DNA from: Negativicutes bacterium
GTDB taxonomy: Bacteria > Bacillota > Negativicutes > UBA1444
Direction: 5' to 3'
Length of the DNA stretch: 64,000 nt
Assembly (NCBI GenBank): GCA_963665275.2
Contig: CAXXIN010000014.1
Span: 96,001-160,000 of the forward strand
Positions 38,356-49,332 of the stretch are shown here, piece by piece. The first letter of the stretch is position 1. The number at the start of each line of letters is the position of its first letter. A model generated the notes under the pieces. It searched no databases, had not been told where the DNA came from, and saw only the letters and a list, made by a program, of their open reading frames with translations. The position numbers were made by a program, and so were the translations under genes.

Positions 38356-39339
38356 ATGAAGGCTATCAATTGGGGGATTCTCGCGACAGGCACGATTGCC
38401 AGGAAGTTTGCCGGCACCCTTACACAATTGCCTGACTGTGGCAACGTGATTGCCGTTGCTTCACGGAACGCTGAAAATGCTGCTAAATTTGCGTCAGAAT
38501 ATCATATTGAACGGGCCTATGGCAGCTACAATGAATTGGCGGGTGACCCGGACGTGGATGTGGTATATGTTGCCACGCCGCATTCAGCTCATTATGAGAC
38601 CGTCAAACTTTGCCTGGAGAATGGCAAGAGCGTACTGTGCGAAAAAACCTTTACGACCAACGCAGCCCAGGCCAGAGAACTTTTTGCATTGGCCGAGGCA
38701 AAGAAGCTGTTTATTATGGAGGCTTTCTGGACGAAATTTTTGCCTGCCTATGAGCAGTTGAAGCAAGTGATCGCAGATGGCGTTATCGGCGATATAACCC
38801 ATTTTCGGGCGCAGTATGGTTTTGCCCCAACCGGGGCCAGGTATATCAGGAAATTTGATCCAAGTCTAGCAGGCGGGGCGCTGTTGGATATTGGCGTTTA
38901 TGCCATAGGCGTCGCGACCATGCTCCTGGGATATAATCCGCTGAAAGTTCATTCCAGCTGTATTATCGGCGAATACGGAACGGATAGGCTGGATAGTATC
39001 ATGCTGGAGTACGAGAAGGGCGTAACGGCGCACCTGGTGACTACAATCGGCTCGATTATGGAGCAGCACGCAATAATTTATGGAACCAAAGGACATATCA
39101 TATTGCCGGAATTCTCAGCGCTGCAGTATTTTCAAGTTGAACTGAATGACGGAACCCGGTATGCCCGTCGCACTCCGTTTGAAGTCAACGGTTTCGAATA
39201 CCAGATCAGGGAAGTGGAAAAGTGCCTGAAGTCCGAGCAACGTGAAAGCCGCATCATGACCCATCAGAATACTGTTGATGTTCTTGTATTGATGGATCAG
39301 ATGCGTTCGGACTGGGGCCTGGTGTTTCCCTGCGGCTGA
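38356..39339 (+). CDS. Gfo/Idh/MocA oxidoreductase
   Basis: WGILATGTIA, VLCEK and GGALLDIGVY motifs. Confidence 0.9.
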   Translation: MKAINWGILATGTIARKFAGTLTQLPDCGNVIAVASRNAENAAKFASEYHIERAYGSYNELAGDPDVDVVYVATPHSAHYETVKLCLENGKSVLCEKTFTTNAAQARELFALAEAKKLFIMEAFWTKFLPAYEQLKQVIADGVIGDITHFRAQYGFAPTGARYIRKFDPSLAGGALLDIGVYAIGVATMLLGYNPLKVHSSCIIGEYGTDRLDSIMLEYEKGVTAHLVTTIGSIMEQHAIIYGTKGHIILPEFSALQYFQVELNDGTRYARRTPFEVNGFEYQIREVEKCLKSEQRESRIMTHQNTVDVLVLMDQMRSDWGLVFPCG

Positions 39340-39497
39340 TAAATTTTGGCTATCATATCATAGTAAAAATATATTATAAATTAATGAGCGAATATGGTAC
39401 TCTAGAATCAGATGCTTTTTTCAGACAATTGTGATTGTCTCACTCTCTGGACGGTATATAATGGTAGAGACAGAATAATCTTATAGTGAGGTGAACC

Positions 39498-41210
39498 ATG
39501 CTTTCATATGATGTGCTTATCGTAGGCTCAGGTGGAGCGGGACTGCGGGCAGCCGTAGAAGCGATGAAAAATTCGCAGCTTTCGGTGGGAGTCCTGAGCA
39601 AAATGATGCCGACCCGTTCGGCGACTTGCATGGCGGAGGGCGGAATCAACGCCGTTCTCGACTTTCCCGAGCAAAAAGACTCGCTGGAAAGCCATGCTTT
39701 TGACACCGTAAAAGGCAGTGACTATCTCGGCGACCAGGACGCGATCGATTTTTTTGTAGAAAAAGCGGCCGAAGCTGTCAAGGAAACGGATTATTGGGGG
39801 ACTCCCTACAGCCGTCGCCCCGATGGCAAGATCGCCTGCCGCATGATGGGCGGACACAGCAATCCCCGAACTAATTATTCCGCTGACAAAACCGGGCACA
39901 TCCTTTTACATTCTTGTTTCGACTATGCGATTGGCTCCGGCGTCAAATTCCTGATGGATTATCTGCTGCTTGACGTGGTGGTGGATGACGGCGTATGTAC
40001 CGGGGTGATTGTTCGGAACCTCAAGACCGGCGAGATCGAACCCATCCAGGCCAAAGCGGTGATTCTGGCCACAGGCGGATACACTCGCCTGTTCTGGCTG
40101 CGCACCAGCACTCCGTATATCGCTACCGGTGACGGCGTAGCGGCTGCCATGCGGGCCGGCGTGGCGTTCAAGGACCCGGAAATGGTGCAATTTCATCCCA
40201 CCGGCGTTTCCAATGGCGGCGCTTTGATTACCGAAGCGGCCCGCGGTGAAGGCGGGTATCTCGTAAATAAGGACAATGAGCGATTCATGTCCAAATATGC
40301 GCCGGCAAAAATGGAACTGGCCCCCCGGGATATCACAGCTCGCGGAATCGAGACGGAGATTTTGGAAGGCCGCGGCTTTGGCGAAGGACTGACTGCTCAT
40401 GTTCATCTTGATCTGCGCCATCTGGGCAAGGAAAAAATTCTGGACCGGCTGCCGCAAATTCGCCACGTAGGACTGTTGTTCGAGAATGTTGATCTAGTTG
40501 AAGCACCGATGCCGATCCGGCCGACGGCCCACTATTCCATGGGCGGAGTTGACGTAACGGACTATCGTACCATGGGTACGTTGGTTCCCGGCTTGTTCGC
40601 CGCCGGCGAGTGTTCCTGCGTATCGATCCACGGCGCCAACCGCCTGGGCGGCAACTCGCTCGCGGACGCCATGGTAACAGGCAAGGTGGCCGGAGAGGCT
40701 GCCGCGCTTTACGCCCAAAGCGCACCGACAGTGGCTCCGAGCGCCAAACTGACACAACAGGCCAAATACTGGGAAGAAAAATTTCAGGAAGCGACTTCCC
40801 GCAAAACCGGGCCCAAGGTGCCGGAGCTGCGCGACCGTCTCGCGGCCATGCTCTGGAACAAAATGGGTATCTTCCGCACCGGCGACCAGCTCCAGGAACT
40901 GAACACCGAGTTGGCAAGCTTGGCGAAGGATTATGATCAGGCGTGGGTGGGCAACACCCAGAAGGTTTACAACAGTGCTTTCACCCACTACGTCGAGGTT
41001 GGTAATCTCATCCAGCTCGCCCGCGCGGCGGCGCTGGCGGCACTGCACCGCGAAGAGTCGCGCGGGGCCCATACCCGGAAAGATTTCACCACGCGCAATG
41101 ACGAGAAGTTCCTGCAGCACAGCTTGGTGAATCTGACCAACAACCAATTCGAACTTTCATATCGCCCTGTGGTGATGGGAAAATACCAACCGGAGGTGCG
41201 AAAATACTGA
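39498..41210 (+). CDS. sdhA: Succinate dehydrogenase/fumarate reductase flavoprotein
   Basis: GSGGAG, QFHPT, HYSMGG, HGANRLGGNSL and ESRGAH motifs. Confidence 0.9.
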   Translation: MLSYDVLIVGSGGAGLRAAVEAMKNSQLSVGVLSKMMPTRSATCMAEGGINAVLDFPEQKDSLESHAFDTVKGSDYLGDQDAIDFFVEKAAEAVKETDYWGTPYSRRPDGKIACRMMGGHSNPRTNYSADKTGHILLHSCFDYAIGSGVKFLMDYLLLDVVVDDGVCTGVIVRNLKTGEIEPIQAKAVILATGGYTRLFWLRTSTPYIATGDGVAAAMRAGVAFKDPEMVQFHPTGVSNGGALITEAARGEGGYLVNKDNERFMSKYAPAKMELAPRDITARGIETEILEGRGFGEGLTAHVHLDLRHLGKEKILDRLPQIRHVGLLFENVDLVEAPMPIRPTAHYSMGGVDVTDYRTMGTLVPGLFAAGECSCVSIHGANRLGGNSLADAMVTGKVAGEAAALYAQSAPTVAPSAKLTQQAKYWEEKFQEATSRKTGPKVPELRDRLAAMLWNKMGIFRTGDQLQELNTELASLAKDYDQAWVGNTQKVYNSAFTHYVEVGNLIQLARAAALAALHREESRGAHTRKDFTTRNDEKFLQHSLVNLTNNQFELSYRPVVMGKYQPEVRKY

Positions 41211-42172
41211 TGCGTATGATTCGTTTTACAATCGACCGTTATGATGGCAGCAAGAGCTATCAACAGGATTATGACCTGAGCTATATACCCGGCATGACTG
41301 TACTGGCGGCGCTGATCCGGATTCGGGAAGAGCTTGATCCGACCCTGAATTTCACAGCTGCCTGCCGTTCCGCCATCTGCGGCGCCTGCGCCGTCAGAGT
41401 CAATGGGGCTCCCTTCCTGGCCTGCGACACCAAGCTGGATGACGTGCTGGAATGCTTCGGCGCCGAATCCCTTTCCATCGGACCCATCGGCAACTATCCG
41501 ATTATCTCGGATTTAGTGGTGGACTGGGATGCCAAGATGGACCGGCTGGCTTCAGTCAAACCTGGACTCATTCCCGTGGCGCAATTTTCCGCAGAAGACG
41601 GTTGTCGGCAAAAACCGGAAGATTTCCAGAAGCTTCGCAAAATGTGGGACTGCATCCTCTGCGGCTGCTGCGCTTCGGAGTGCAGTATGCTGGCACTGAA
41701 TCCGAAGGATTTCAAGGAGCCGTACGTTTATACCCACTCGCACCGTTATGCGGAAGATTCCCGCGACGACGCGCCTATGGCCCATGCGGAGCCAACGTTG
41801 GAAAACGACGGCCTCTGGAAATGCGTTCATTGCCTGCAATGTGTAACCCATTGTCCCAAAAACATCGAACCGGCCGAAGATATCTCCCGGCTGCGGGATA
41901 TGACAGTCAAAGCCGGGCACGACCAGGGCGTCGGTCCGCTCCACGCCAAGGCGTTTCTGACGGACATCGAGGAATCCGGCCGTCTGAATGAACCCAAGAT
42001 GGCACTGCGCACGGAAGGCGTCCTGAAAACCATGGCTCGCTTCCCGTTCGCTCTGCGGATGCTGTCCCATGGCAAACTCGATCCTCTGGCGGTATTTCAA
42101 AGCAAGACCATTGAAGGACACCAAGGTCTTTGCAAAGCTCTGGATGCTGCAAGGAGGGCTGAAAAGAAATGA
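41210..42172 (+). CDS. sdhB: Succinate dehydrogenase/fumarate reductase iron-sulfur subunit
   Basis: CRSAICGAC, CILCGCC and CVHCLQCVTHCP clusters. Confidence 0.9.
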   Translation: MRMIRFTIDRYDGSKSYQQDYDLSYIPGMTVLAALIRIREELDPTLNFTAACRSAICGACAVRVNGAPFLACDTKLDDVLECFGAESLSIGPIGNYPIISDLVVDWDAKMDRLASVKPGLIPVAQFSAEDGCRQKPEDFQKLRKMWDCILCGCCASECSMLALNPKDFKEPYVYTHSHRYAEDSRDDAPMAHAEPTLENDGLWKCVHCLQCVTHCPKNIEPAEDISRLRDMTVKAGHDQGVGPLHAKAFLTDIEESGRLNEPKMALRTEGVLKTMARFPFALRMLSHGKLDPLAVFQSKTIEGHQGLCKALDAARRAEKK

Positions 42173-43020
42173 AAAGGCGTTATGCATTTTTCCCCGGCTG
42201 TATACTCGAAAAAGCAACCCGCGAATGCCACCAATCCACCATGGCGCTTGCCAAGGTCCTCGATTGGGAACTGGTAGAAATTCCTGGTTGGAGTTGCTGC
42301 GGCGCCAGCCATGTGCAGGATATCGACGAAAAAGCCGCCTTGGTGACCAATGCTCGGAACCTGGCTCTGGCGGAGATGATGGGATTGCCCATCCTGACCG
42401 TGTGCAGCACTTGCACTCTGATGCTGCGCAAGGCAAAAATGGCATTGGACAATGGAGCCAAGGATGAAATCAACACCTATCTGGCCGAAGGCGGCCTAGG
42501 CTATCAGGGAACCACTACCGTGACCCATTTGCTGTGGGAACTGGTAGAGCACAAAGACGAATGGATCGGCAAAGTCACCAAACCGTTGTCTGGAGTGCGT
42601 GTTGCTCCGTTTTACGGCTGCCACACCATCCGTCCGCCGGAATTGCAGACATTCGAAAATGCGTTGGCTCCGACCAGCCTCGAACAACTGATCACTGCAG
42701 TAGGGGCCGTGCCGACGCCGACTCAGGATCGGCTGAAATGTTGCGGATTCCATGCTGCGTACCCAGCCGAACCCGATGTCCTGCGCAATGCAGGAAACAC
42801 CATTAAAAACGCCGCGGCTGTACAGGCGGACTGCTTGTTGACACCCTGCCCGCTCTGTCAGATGCAGCTTGATGTTTACCAACCCGATGCGAGAGCGGCT
42901 GCAGGCACGGACGCCGAAGTCCCCTGTCTACACCTGGCCCAACTGATCGGTTTGGGGTTGGGGCTGTCGGTTGAAGCACTTGGCATACAGAACCATATTG
43001 TCCGCGGCAAGAAATTCTGA
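42169..43020 (+). CDS. CCG-domain (HdrB-like) subunit, SdhE/MfrE type
   Basis: FPGC, WSCCGA, FYGC, KCCG and PCPLC motifs. Confidence 0.85.
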   Translation: MKRRYAFFPGCILEKATRECHQSTMALAKVLDWELVEIPGWSCCGASHVQDIDEKAALVTNARNLALAEMMGLPILTVCSTCTLMLRKAKMALDNGAKDEINTYLAEGGLGYQGTTTVTHLLWELVEHKDEWIGKVTKPLSGVRVAPFYGCHTIRPPELQTFENALAPTSLEQLITAVGAVPTPTQDRLKCCGFHAAYPAEPDVLRNAGNTIKNAAAVQADCLLTPCPLCQMQLDVYQPDARAAAGTDAEVPCLHLAQLIGLGLGLSVEALGIQNHIVRGKKF

Positions 43021-43032
43021 TCAATAACAGGT

Positions 43033-43067
43033 AAAACACCGGTGCGAAACTGCGCCGGTGTTTTTTT
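43033..43067 (+). terminator. Rho-independent terminator
   Basis: AAAACACCGGTGC...GCGCCGGTGTTTTTTT. Confidence 0.8.
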
Positions 43068-43181
43068 ATGTCGCGACATGCAGTCGGAGATGGCGGTTCA
43101 ATAAAAAGGGTATCCCATTCGAATAACGAATTGAGATGCTATATGAACCCAATTAGGATTTGCGGGTCGGGAGGTATCGGC

Positions 43182-43967
43182 GTGGAAAGAAATGATCGAC
43201 AAGCCAGTCTGGGCTTCTGGCTCTTTCGACATCGCGGCTATATGCCGGCGTTCTTTGCAATTCTGTTTCTGCCGGCTTCGGAACATTTCCGGTTACTAGG
43301 AATGAATCATCAGCAGCAAATTCAATGGGAACTGTTTTGTCTGGGGATTTCCTTGCTTGGACTGACGCTGCGCATCTTGACTGTTGCTTTCATTTCTGAA
43401 GCATCATCTGGCAGAGAGCGCTCCCGCCCTCAGGCAGAGCAACTGAATACAACTGGGATCTATTCCCTGATTCGCCACCCGCTCTACCTTGGGAATTCGA
43501 TCATCTGGCTCGGAGTTGCTTCCACATTGCACCTTTGGTGGCTTTCCTTCTCCTTCATGCTGATTTCGCTGGTTTATCACCGCCTGATCATTTATGCGGA
43601 AGAAAACTATCTGCGCAGTCGTTTTGGAGCCGTATATATTGAATGGGCCAACAAAACACCGGCGTTCATTCCGGCGATACACAACTGGGCGGCTCCCTCT
43701 TTGCCGTTTTCCATGGCCATGGTGCTGCGGCGTGAATACTCGGGTCTGTTTCAAATCATTGCAGCTTTCGCTCTGATCAATGCCGGTTTGAATTATGTTA
43801 TGCAGGGTGTTTGGAACATGGATTCAATATTTCAAAATTTGTTGTTGGGTACTACACTGATTTGCGCGGCAATCTGGTTCGTCGTAAAAAGAACGGACTG
43901 GTTGCCGGCACCTGTGCGACGAAAAAATGATAAGGATCTGCAATCCCGTGAGGATTATCCGCAGTAA
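43182..43967 (+). CDS. Isoprenylcysteine carboxyl methyltransferase-family membrane methyltransferase
   Basis: TGIYSLIRHPLYLG and EENYLRSRFG motifs; GTG start after GGAGG. Confidence 0.8.
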   Translation: MERNDRQASLGFWLFRHRGYMPAFFAILFLPASEHFRLLGMNHQQQIQWELFCLGISLLGLTLRILTVAFISEASSGRERSRPQAEQLNTTGIYSLIRHPLYLGNSIIWLGVASTLHLWWLSFSFMLISLVYHRLIIYAEENYLRSRFGAVYIEWANKTPAFIPAIHNWAAPSLPFSMAMVLRREYSGLFQIIAAFALINAGLNYVMQGVWNMDSIFQNLLLGTTLICAAIWFVVKRTDWLPAPVRRKNDKDLQSREDYPQ

Positions 43968-44217
43968 CATTTTCTGTCGAGTATTTACTGCTTGGGGTTT
44001 TTAACACCGTGTTGTTGTGGACCCCTTGAATGCCAGATAATAAAGCTAACGTTTTTCTGCGCATGCTAAGTTCCTTAAAATAATCGGAGGCAGTGAGCAA
44101 GCTAAATTGTCAACAAAGCTCACCTATATATAGGAATAAAAAAAGTTATAGGCTATAATAGCAATTATAAATGTGGTGTCGAAAAACTGACACATAGAAA
44201 ATGTTTAACGGATACAG

Positions 44218-45702
44218 GTGATGAAAAGTATGAGCAATCCGGTCAATTCTGTAATGGAGCTGCTAGCTCGTTACCTGCGGGAAGGACAACTTGATAAAAT
44301 ACCGGCACTGTTTCAGCAGATAACTGATCTTTACCAGGTGGAGCAGGCGCGCCTGGAAGCGCTGCTTGATACAGTCAACGAAGCGGTGTGCATGATCGAT
44401 GCGGCCAATAAAGTTGTTGTCTGGAATCATCGCGCCGAATTGTTGTACGGCATCAAAGCCGCCGAAATTTTGCATCAGCCGATAGGCAGATTCTTTTCCA
44501 ACTTAATGTTGAGCGAAGTCATGCAAAACCACAGTCTAGTAAAAGAGCGCTATCACACTCCGTTGCCGGAGACTCATGTTTTGATCAATGCCCGGCCCAT
44601 AACCAGGGACACTCAGATCATTGGCGGAGTTTCGACGGAGCGCGATATTACCGAGATGGTGCAGCTGAACCAGCAACTCACGCAGACGCACCGCGAGATG
44701 CAGTCGTTAAAGCAAACGCTGAATGAAATGCATTCGCAGCAAGATCCGTTCTCGGCAATCTATGGTCGTGGCAAAGCGATCCGTGACGCAGTCAATATGG
44801 CAAAGCGGGTGGCAACGACCAGCGTGCCGGTATTATTGCGGGGTGAGAGTGGGACCGGCAAGGAGCTTTTTGCGCGAGCGATTCATGAAGCCAGCCGGGT
44901 TGCTGGACCTTACGTGGCAATCAATTGCGGCGCCATTCCTGCTAATTTATTCGAAAGCGAGCTGTTCGGCTATCAGCCGGGTGCTTTTACCGGGGCCGAC
45001 CGCAAAGGGAAGGAAGGCCTGTTGGAGAAGGCCAACTGCGGCACCGTGCTGCTCGATGAAGTGGGCGATTTGCCGCGCGAAATGCAGGTGAAATTGCTGC
45101 GAACCCTGCAGGAAAAGTGTTTATATCGAGTTGGCGGCAACACGTCGATTCCGGTCGATTTTCGGGTGATAGCCGCTACCAACCGCAATCTGGAAGAGCT
45201 GATCCGAGCCGGTGAATTCCGTGAAGATCTTTATTACCGTCTGAATGTCGTGGCGATTTCCCTGCCGCCGCTGCGGGAGCGCCTGGACGACATCCCCGAG
45301 CTGTTTCATCGGGGACTGCAGTATTACTGCGCTTTGCACAATAAGAATATCTCCCAGGTGAACGGTGCGATTATCAATATTTTGGTCCAATATCAATGGC
45401 CGGGAAATATCAGGGAGTTTCTGAATGTGCTGGAACGCCTGGTTATTCTGGCGGAAGGTGATAGCCTCGGTATTGAGGACTTGCCGGCAGAGGTATTTCC
45501 CTCCGGACAGGGCGATAGGCCTGATCAAATTGCGGCGCGTCAGGGAATCCTGCCTGAGGTAACTGCCAAATTAGAACGAGATGTGATTGTCGGAGTGCTC
45601 GCCGAGACTGGCAATAATAAAGCGTTGGCCGCCCAAAAGCTCGGAATTCCCAGGGGGACTCTTTACTATAAGATGCAGAAACTTCACATAGACCGTCAGT
45701 AA
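44218..45702 (+). CDS. Sigma54-dependent activator with PAS domain (PrdR/RocR-like)
   Basis: [21 protein letters not shown] and Fis HTH; upstream of a proline oxidation operon. Confidence 0.9.
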   Translation: MMKSMSNPVNSVMELLARYLREGQLDKIPALFQQITDLYQVEQARLEALLDTVNEAVCMIDAANKVVVWNHRAELLYGIKAAEILHQPIGRFFSNLMLSEVMQNHSLVKERYHTPLPETHVLINARPITRDTQIIGGVSTERDITEMVQLNQQLTQTHREMQSLKQTLNEMHSQQDPFSAIYGRGKAIRDAVNMAKRVATTSVPVLLRGESGTGKELFARAIHEASRVAGPYVAINCGAIPANLFESELFGYQPGAFTGADRKGKEGLLEKANCGTVLLDEVGDLPREMQVKLLRTLQEKCLYRVGGNTSIPVDFRVIAATNRNLEELIRAGEFREDLYYRLNVVAISLPPLRERLDDIPELFHRGLQYYCALHNKNISQVNGAIINILVQYQWPGNIREFLNVLERLVILAEGDSLGIEDLPAEVFPSGQGDRPDQIAARQGILPEVTAKLERDVIVGVLAETGNNKALAAQKLGIPRGTLYYKMQKLHIDRQ

Positions 45703-45979
45703 GTTGACACGCAGTGTCAGCTATTCGACGAAATATCGATGAATTATACTTCTCGAAGTCTCTACTGGACCGCGTTTTCATTTGAAAGCGCGGTTTATTT
45801 ATTATCAGGCTTTGAGTTAAATAGTGATTAAATTAATCAATCTGGATAGAAACTGTGGCCGATTGAACAAAAACGCTGCGGATCTAATATGAAAATAAGT
45901 AAAAAATCTGTCTGTGGATGAAATTCGAAGGATGACCTGTGAATCTGCTGAAAAGTTGTAAATGGCTGTATTTGATTTT

Positions 45980-45995
45980 TGGCACGGTAATTGCA
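45980..45995 (+). promoter_or_regulatory. Sigma54 -24/-12 promoter
   Basis: TGGCACGGTAATTGCA matches TGGCAC-N5-TTGCA. Confidence 0.88.
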
Positions 45996-46023
45996 ATATG
46001 AAATTGGTCAATAAAAAATTGAG

Positions 46024-46338
46024 GTGGTTGACTTGAGAATCGAAAATCATCCTATATTGAATTTCCCGTCAAAAGACCCCGTCGAGTTTACGTTCAACGG
46101 AGAGTCTTTTCGCGGCGTGGCCGGGGAGCCGATTGCGGCGGCGCTGCATGCGGCCGGAGTTCGGACCCTGCGGCACAGTTCGCGTTACCATCGTCCCCGG
46201 GGCCTCTTCTGTGCCATCGGCAACTGCTCATCCTGTCTTATGACGGTGGACGGAGTACCTAATGTGCGCGTCTGCGTGGAACCCCTGCAGGCAGGGATGA
46301 AAGTGGAAACGCAGGAAGGGAAGGGGACGTTGGCATGA
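46024..46338 (+). CDS. 2Fe-2S protein (proline dehydrogenase/sarcosine oxidase alpha N-terminal-like)
   Basis: RPRGLFCAIGNCSSC...RVC. Confidence 0.85.
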   Translation: MVDLRIENHPILNFPSKDPVEFTFNGESFRGVAGEPIAAALHAAGVRTLRHSSRYHRPRGLFCAIGNCSSCLMTVDGVPNVRVCVEPLQAGMKVETQEGKGTLA

Positions 46339-47423
46339 AGGAAATCGATATCGCGATCGTCGGCGCCGGGCCAGCTGGTCTGACGGCGGCAGCCCATGCG
46401 GCGGAAATGGGGGCAAGCGTCCTTCTCATCGAACGGGGGCAGGCGCTGGGTGGGCAGCTCGTTAAACAGACCCACAAATTCTTCGGGTCGCGTCAGGAGT
46501 TCGCAGGAGAACGGGGATTCGAAATCGCCCGTAAATTGATGGACCGAGTCGAAGCTCATCCTCGGATCACGATTTGGAAAAATGCGACGACACTCGGATA
46601 TTATCCGGACGGTGTGATGACGGTCAAGAAAGATGAACAATTTCATACGCTGAAACCGCGCAAAATTATCGTCGCAACCGGCGCTTCCGAGAAAACCCTC
46701 GCGTTTCCCAATAATGACCTGCCGGGAATTTACGGCGCCGGTGCGGTACAGACGCTGATGAACGTCTATGGAGTCATGCCAGCCAAACGGGTGTTGATGG
46801 TGGGAGCAGGCAATATTGGCGTCATCGTGGCCTATCAGTTGTTGCAGGCGGGAGTCGAAGTGGCGGCCATCATTGAAGCGGCGCCGAAGATCGGCGGTTA
46901 CTGGGTACATGCCTCGAAAATCCAGCGCTGCGGCGTTCCCATCCTAACCGGGCACACCATTAAACAGGCGCATGGTACGGACCGACTGGAAGGGGTCACA
47001 ATTTGTCAGTTAGACGAGAAATGGGCTACGGTTCCGGGAACGGATCAGTACCTTGAAGTGGACGGCCTGTGCCTGGCGGTCGGGTTGAGTCCGTTGACCG
47101 AACTGCTGTGGCAGGCGGACTGTAAGATGGAGTTTGTGCCGGAGCTGGGCGGATACGTTCCCTGGCGCAACGCCGACCTCTTGACGACCCACAACAACAT
47201 TTATGTGGCGGGTGACGTCGCCGGTGTGGAAGAAGCGTCGGCAGCGATGGTGGAAGGCAAGCTGGCCGGACTGGCGGCTGCATTTTCGCTGAACTACCAG
47301 ACTGACACTTTTGCGGCGGATTACCGTGAGGCGAAGAGCCAGTTGAATGCGCTCCGCGCCGGACCGGTCAGCGCCAAAGTGTGCAGCGGCCTGTGCAAAG
47401 TCATGCTGGGGGAGGCGATCTGA
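46335..47423 (+). CDS. FAD/NAD oxidoreductase (alpha-subunit core)
   Basis: GAGPAG, ATGA, GAGNIG and VAGD motifs. Confidence 0.88.
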   Translation: MKEIDIAIVGAGPAGLTAAAHAAEMGASVLLIERGQALGGQLVKQTHKFFGSRQEFAGERGFEIARKLMDRVEAHPRITIWKNATTLGYYPDGVMTVKKDEQFHTLKPRKIIVATGASEKTLAFPNNDLPGIYGAGAVQTLMNVYGVMPAKRVLMVGAGNIGVIVAYQLLQAGVEVAAIIEAAPKIGGYWVHASKIQRCGVPILTGHTIKQAHGTDRLEGVTICQLDEKWATVPGTDQYLEVDGLCLAVGLSPLTELLWQADCKMEFVPELGGYVPWRNADLLTTHNNIYVAGDVAGVEEASAAMVEGKLAGLAAAFSLNYQTDTFAADYREAKSQLNALRAGPVSAKVCSGLCKVMLGEAI

Positions 47424-47424
47424 T

Positions 47425-47919
47425 ATGTTGACGAAAGACGGCATTCCATCCGCCGAAGATTTATGCGGAGTGACTCCGCATGCCGGACGACTGGAGCAGG
47501 GGCCGGTGGCGGTCATCGAATGTTTTCAGGAGATTCCCTGCAACCCGTGTGCAGATGCCTGCCCGCGTGGGGCTATAACCATGCCTGGAAACATCAGCGC
47601 TCGCCCAACTTTTGAAGAAAGCAAATGCAACGGATGTGCGATCTGCGTGACGCGTTGTCCGGGGCTGGCCATTTTCATCGTGGACTTTTCATACTCTGAG
47701 TCAGAGGCGATGCTCAAGATTCCTTATGAGTTTAGTCCGCTGCCTGAAGTTGAAGAAGAAGTGGAAGCGCTGGACCGAGCCGGGAAACGTGCCGGTTGCG
47801 CCCGCGTAATGCGAGTGCAGCAACAGGCGAACAAGACAACGGTGCTGTGGCTGGCCGTGCCGAAAAATATAGCGTTGGATGTGCGTAACATCCGGCGGAA
47901 GCTGGGGGCGATTTCATGA
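47425..47919 (+). CDS. 4Fe-4S ferredoxin-like subunit
   Basis: CFQEIPCNPCADACP and CNGCAICVTRCPG; ATG after GGAGG. Confidence 0.85.
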   Translation: MLTKDGIPSAEDLCGVTPHAGRLEQGPVAVIECFQEIPCNPCADACPRGAITMPGNISARPTFEESKCNGCAICVTRCPGLAIFIVDFSYSESEAMLKIPYEFSPLPEVEEEVEALDRAGKRAGCARVMRVQQQANKTTVLWLAVPKNIALDVRNIRRKLGAIS

Positions 47920-48191
47920 GCGACGATATTATCATCTGCCGCTGCGAAGATATAAAACTGTCGGAAATCCGAGAGCGTATCGCACAGGGAGATCGCACGA
48001 CGGAAGAGATCAAGCGCGGCTGCCGCTGTGGCATGGGCCCGTGCCAGGGCAGAACATGTATGCCACTGGTGGCGCAGGAGCTGGCCAAAGCAACCGGGCA
48101 ACAAGTTGGCGACATCGAACTGCCGACGTTCCGTCAACCGGTGGCGGCGATCAAGATGGGTGCGTTGGCGGGAGGTGGCGATCATGAATAG
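47916..48191 (+). CDS. BFD-like Fe-S protein (alpha C-terminal-like)
   Basis: ICRCED...GMGPCQGRTC. Confidence 0.85.
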   Translation: MSDDIIICRCEDIKLSEIRERIAQGDRTTEEIKRGCRCGMGPCQGRTCMPLVAQELAKATGQQVGDIELPTFRQPVAAIKMGALAGGGDHE

Positions 48192-49332
48192 AACTGCCGA
48201 CGTAGTGGTAGTCGGCGGCGGGATCGTCGGCTGCTCCACTGCCTATAACCTGGCTCGCCTTGGGGCAGGGAAAGTAGTTTTGGTTGAGCGAGGTTATTTA
48301 GCCAGCGGCTCTACCGGTCGGTGCGGCGCTGGCATGCGAATGCAGTGGGGCACTGAAACCAATTGCCTGTTGTCGCGCGAAAGCACGAAATTGCTGGAAA
48401 ACTTGCCTGAAATTCTCGAAGTCGATACCGACATTGAACTGAAACAGGGCGGCTATCTGCTCTTGGCCTACACGGAGAAAATGGCGGCCCAGTTCAAAAA
48501 AAACCTGATCTTGCAAAACTCACTCGATATTCCTGCTCGCTGGGTGACTCCTGCGGAAGCGAAAGAGATTGTGCCGCATCTCAATACGAATGGCATGATC
48601 GGCGCGACTTTTTGTCCCAAGGACGGACACTGCAATCCGTTCAAGGCGACGGAAGCCTATGCTAAGGCCGCCCGCCGCCTGGGTGTGGAAATCCTGACCC
48701 ACACGGAAGTGACCGGTATCGAATCGGAATGTTGCCAGATACGCACGGTGAAGACAACGGCGGGTGATATTCACACGCCGCGGATGGTAGTCGCGGCCGG
48801 TGGATACACCAAAGGCCTTGGTCGAATGGTGGGCGCCGAGATTCCAATTTACCCGGAGCGGCATGAAATATTGGTGACAGAGCCAGTAGAACCAATGCAG
48901 GAATCGATGGTAATGAGTTTTCACCATAATCTTTATTGTCAGCAGAGTCCCCACGGCAGTTTCATCATGGGAATTGGTCATCCCGATCTGCCGGAGAGTT
49001 TTGACACCCGGTCGAGCTGGCAGTTTCTGCAGGAGATGGCGACACGCCTGATCACCATATTGCCGGCGCTGGCGGGCTTAAATGTCGTTCGGCAATGGGC
49101 GGGCCTTTATGATATGTCCCCTGACCGGCAGCCGATCCTCGGACCGGCCGGTGATGTGGAAGGTTTCCATGTGGCAGCAGGGTTCAGCGGCCACGGCTTC
49201 ATGATCTCGCCGATTACCGGCCAGATCGTGGCCGAGCAGCTGCTGGGGCTGCCGACCGCATTGCCGGTGGGAATGCTGGACGCCGGACGTTTTCAGCGCG
49301 GCGATTTGTTCATCGAACCCTCGGTTGTCTAA
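48184..49332 (+). CDS. FAD-dependent amino-acid dehydrogenase beta subunit (dye-linked L-proline dehydrogenase-like)
   Basis: GGGIVG, GSTGRCGAG, RQWAG and GFSGHGFM motifs; ATG after GGAGG. Confidence 0.85.
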   Translation: MNRTADVVVVGGGIVGCSTAYNLARLGAGKVVLVERGYLASGSTGRCGAGMRMQWGTETNCLLSRESTKLLENLPEILEVDTDIELKQGGYLLLAYTEKMAAQFKKNLILQNSLDIPARWVTPAEAKEIVPHLNTNGMIGATFCPKDGHCNPFKATEAYAKAARRLGVEILTHTEVTGIESECCQIRTVKTTAGDIHTPRMVVAAGGYTKGLGRMVGAEIPIYPERHEILVTEPVEPMQESMVMSFHHNLYCQQSPHGSFIMGIGHPDLPESFDTRSSWQFLQEMATRLITILPALAGLNVVRQWAGLYDMSPDRQPILGPAGDVEGFHVAAGFSGHGFMISPITGQIVAEQLLGLPTALPVGMLDAGRFQRGDLFIEPSVV

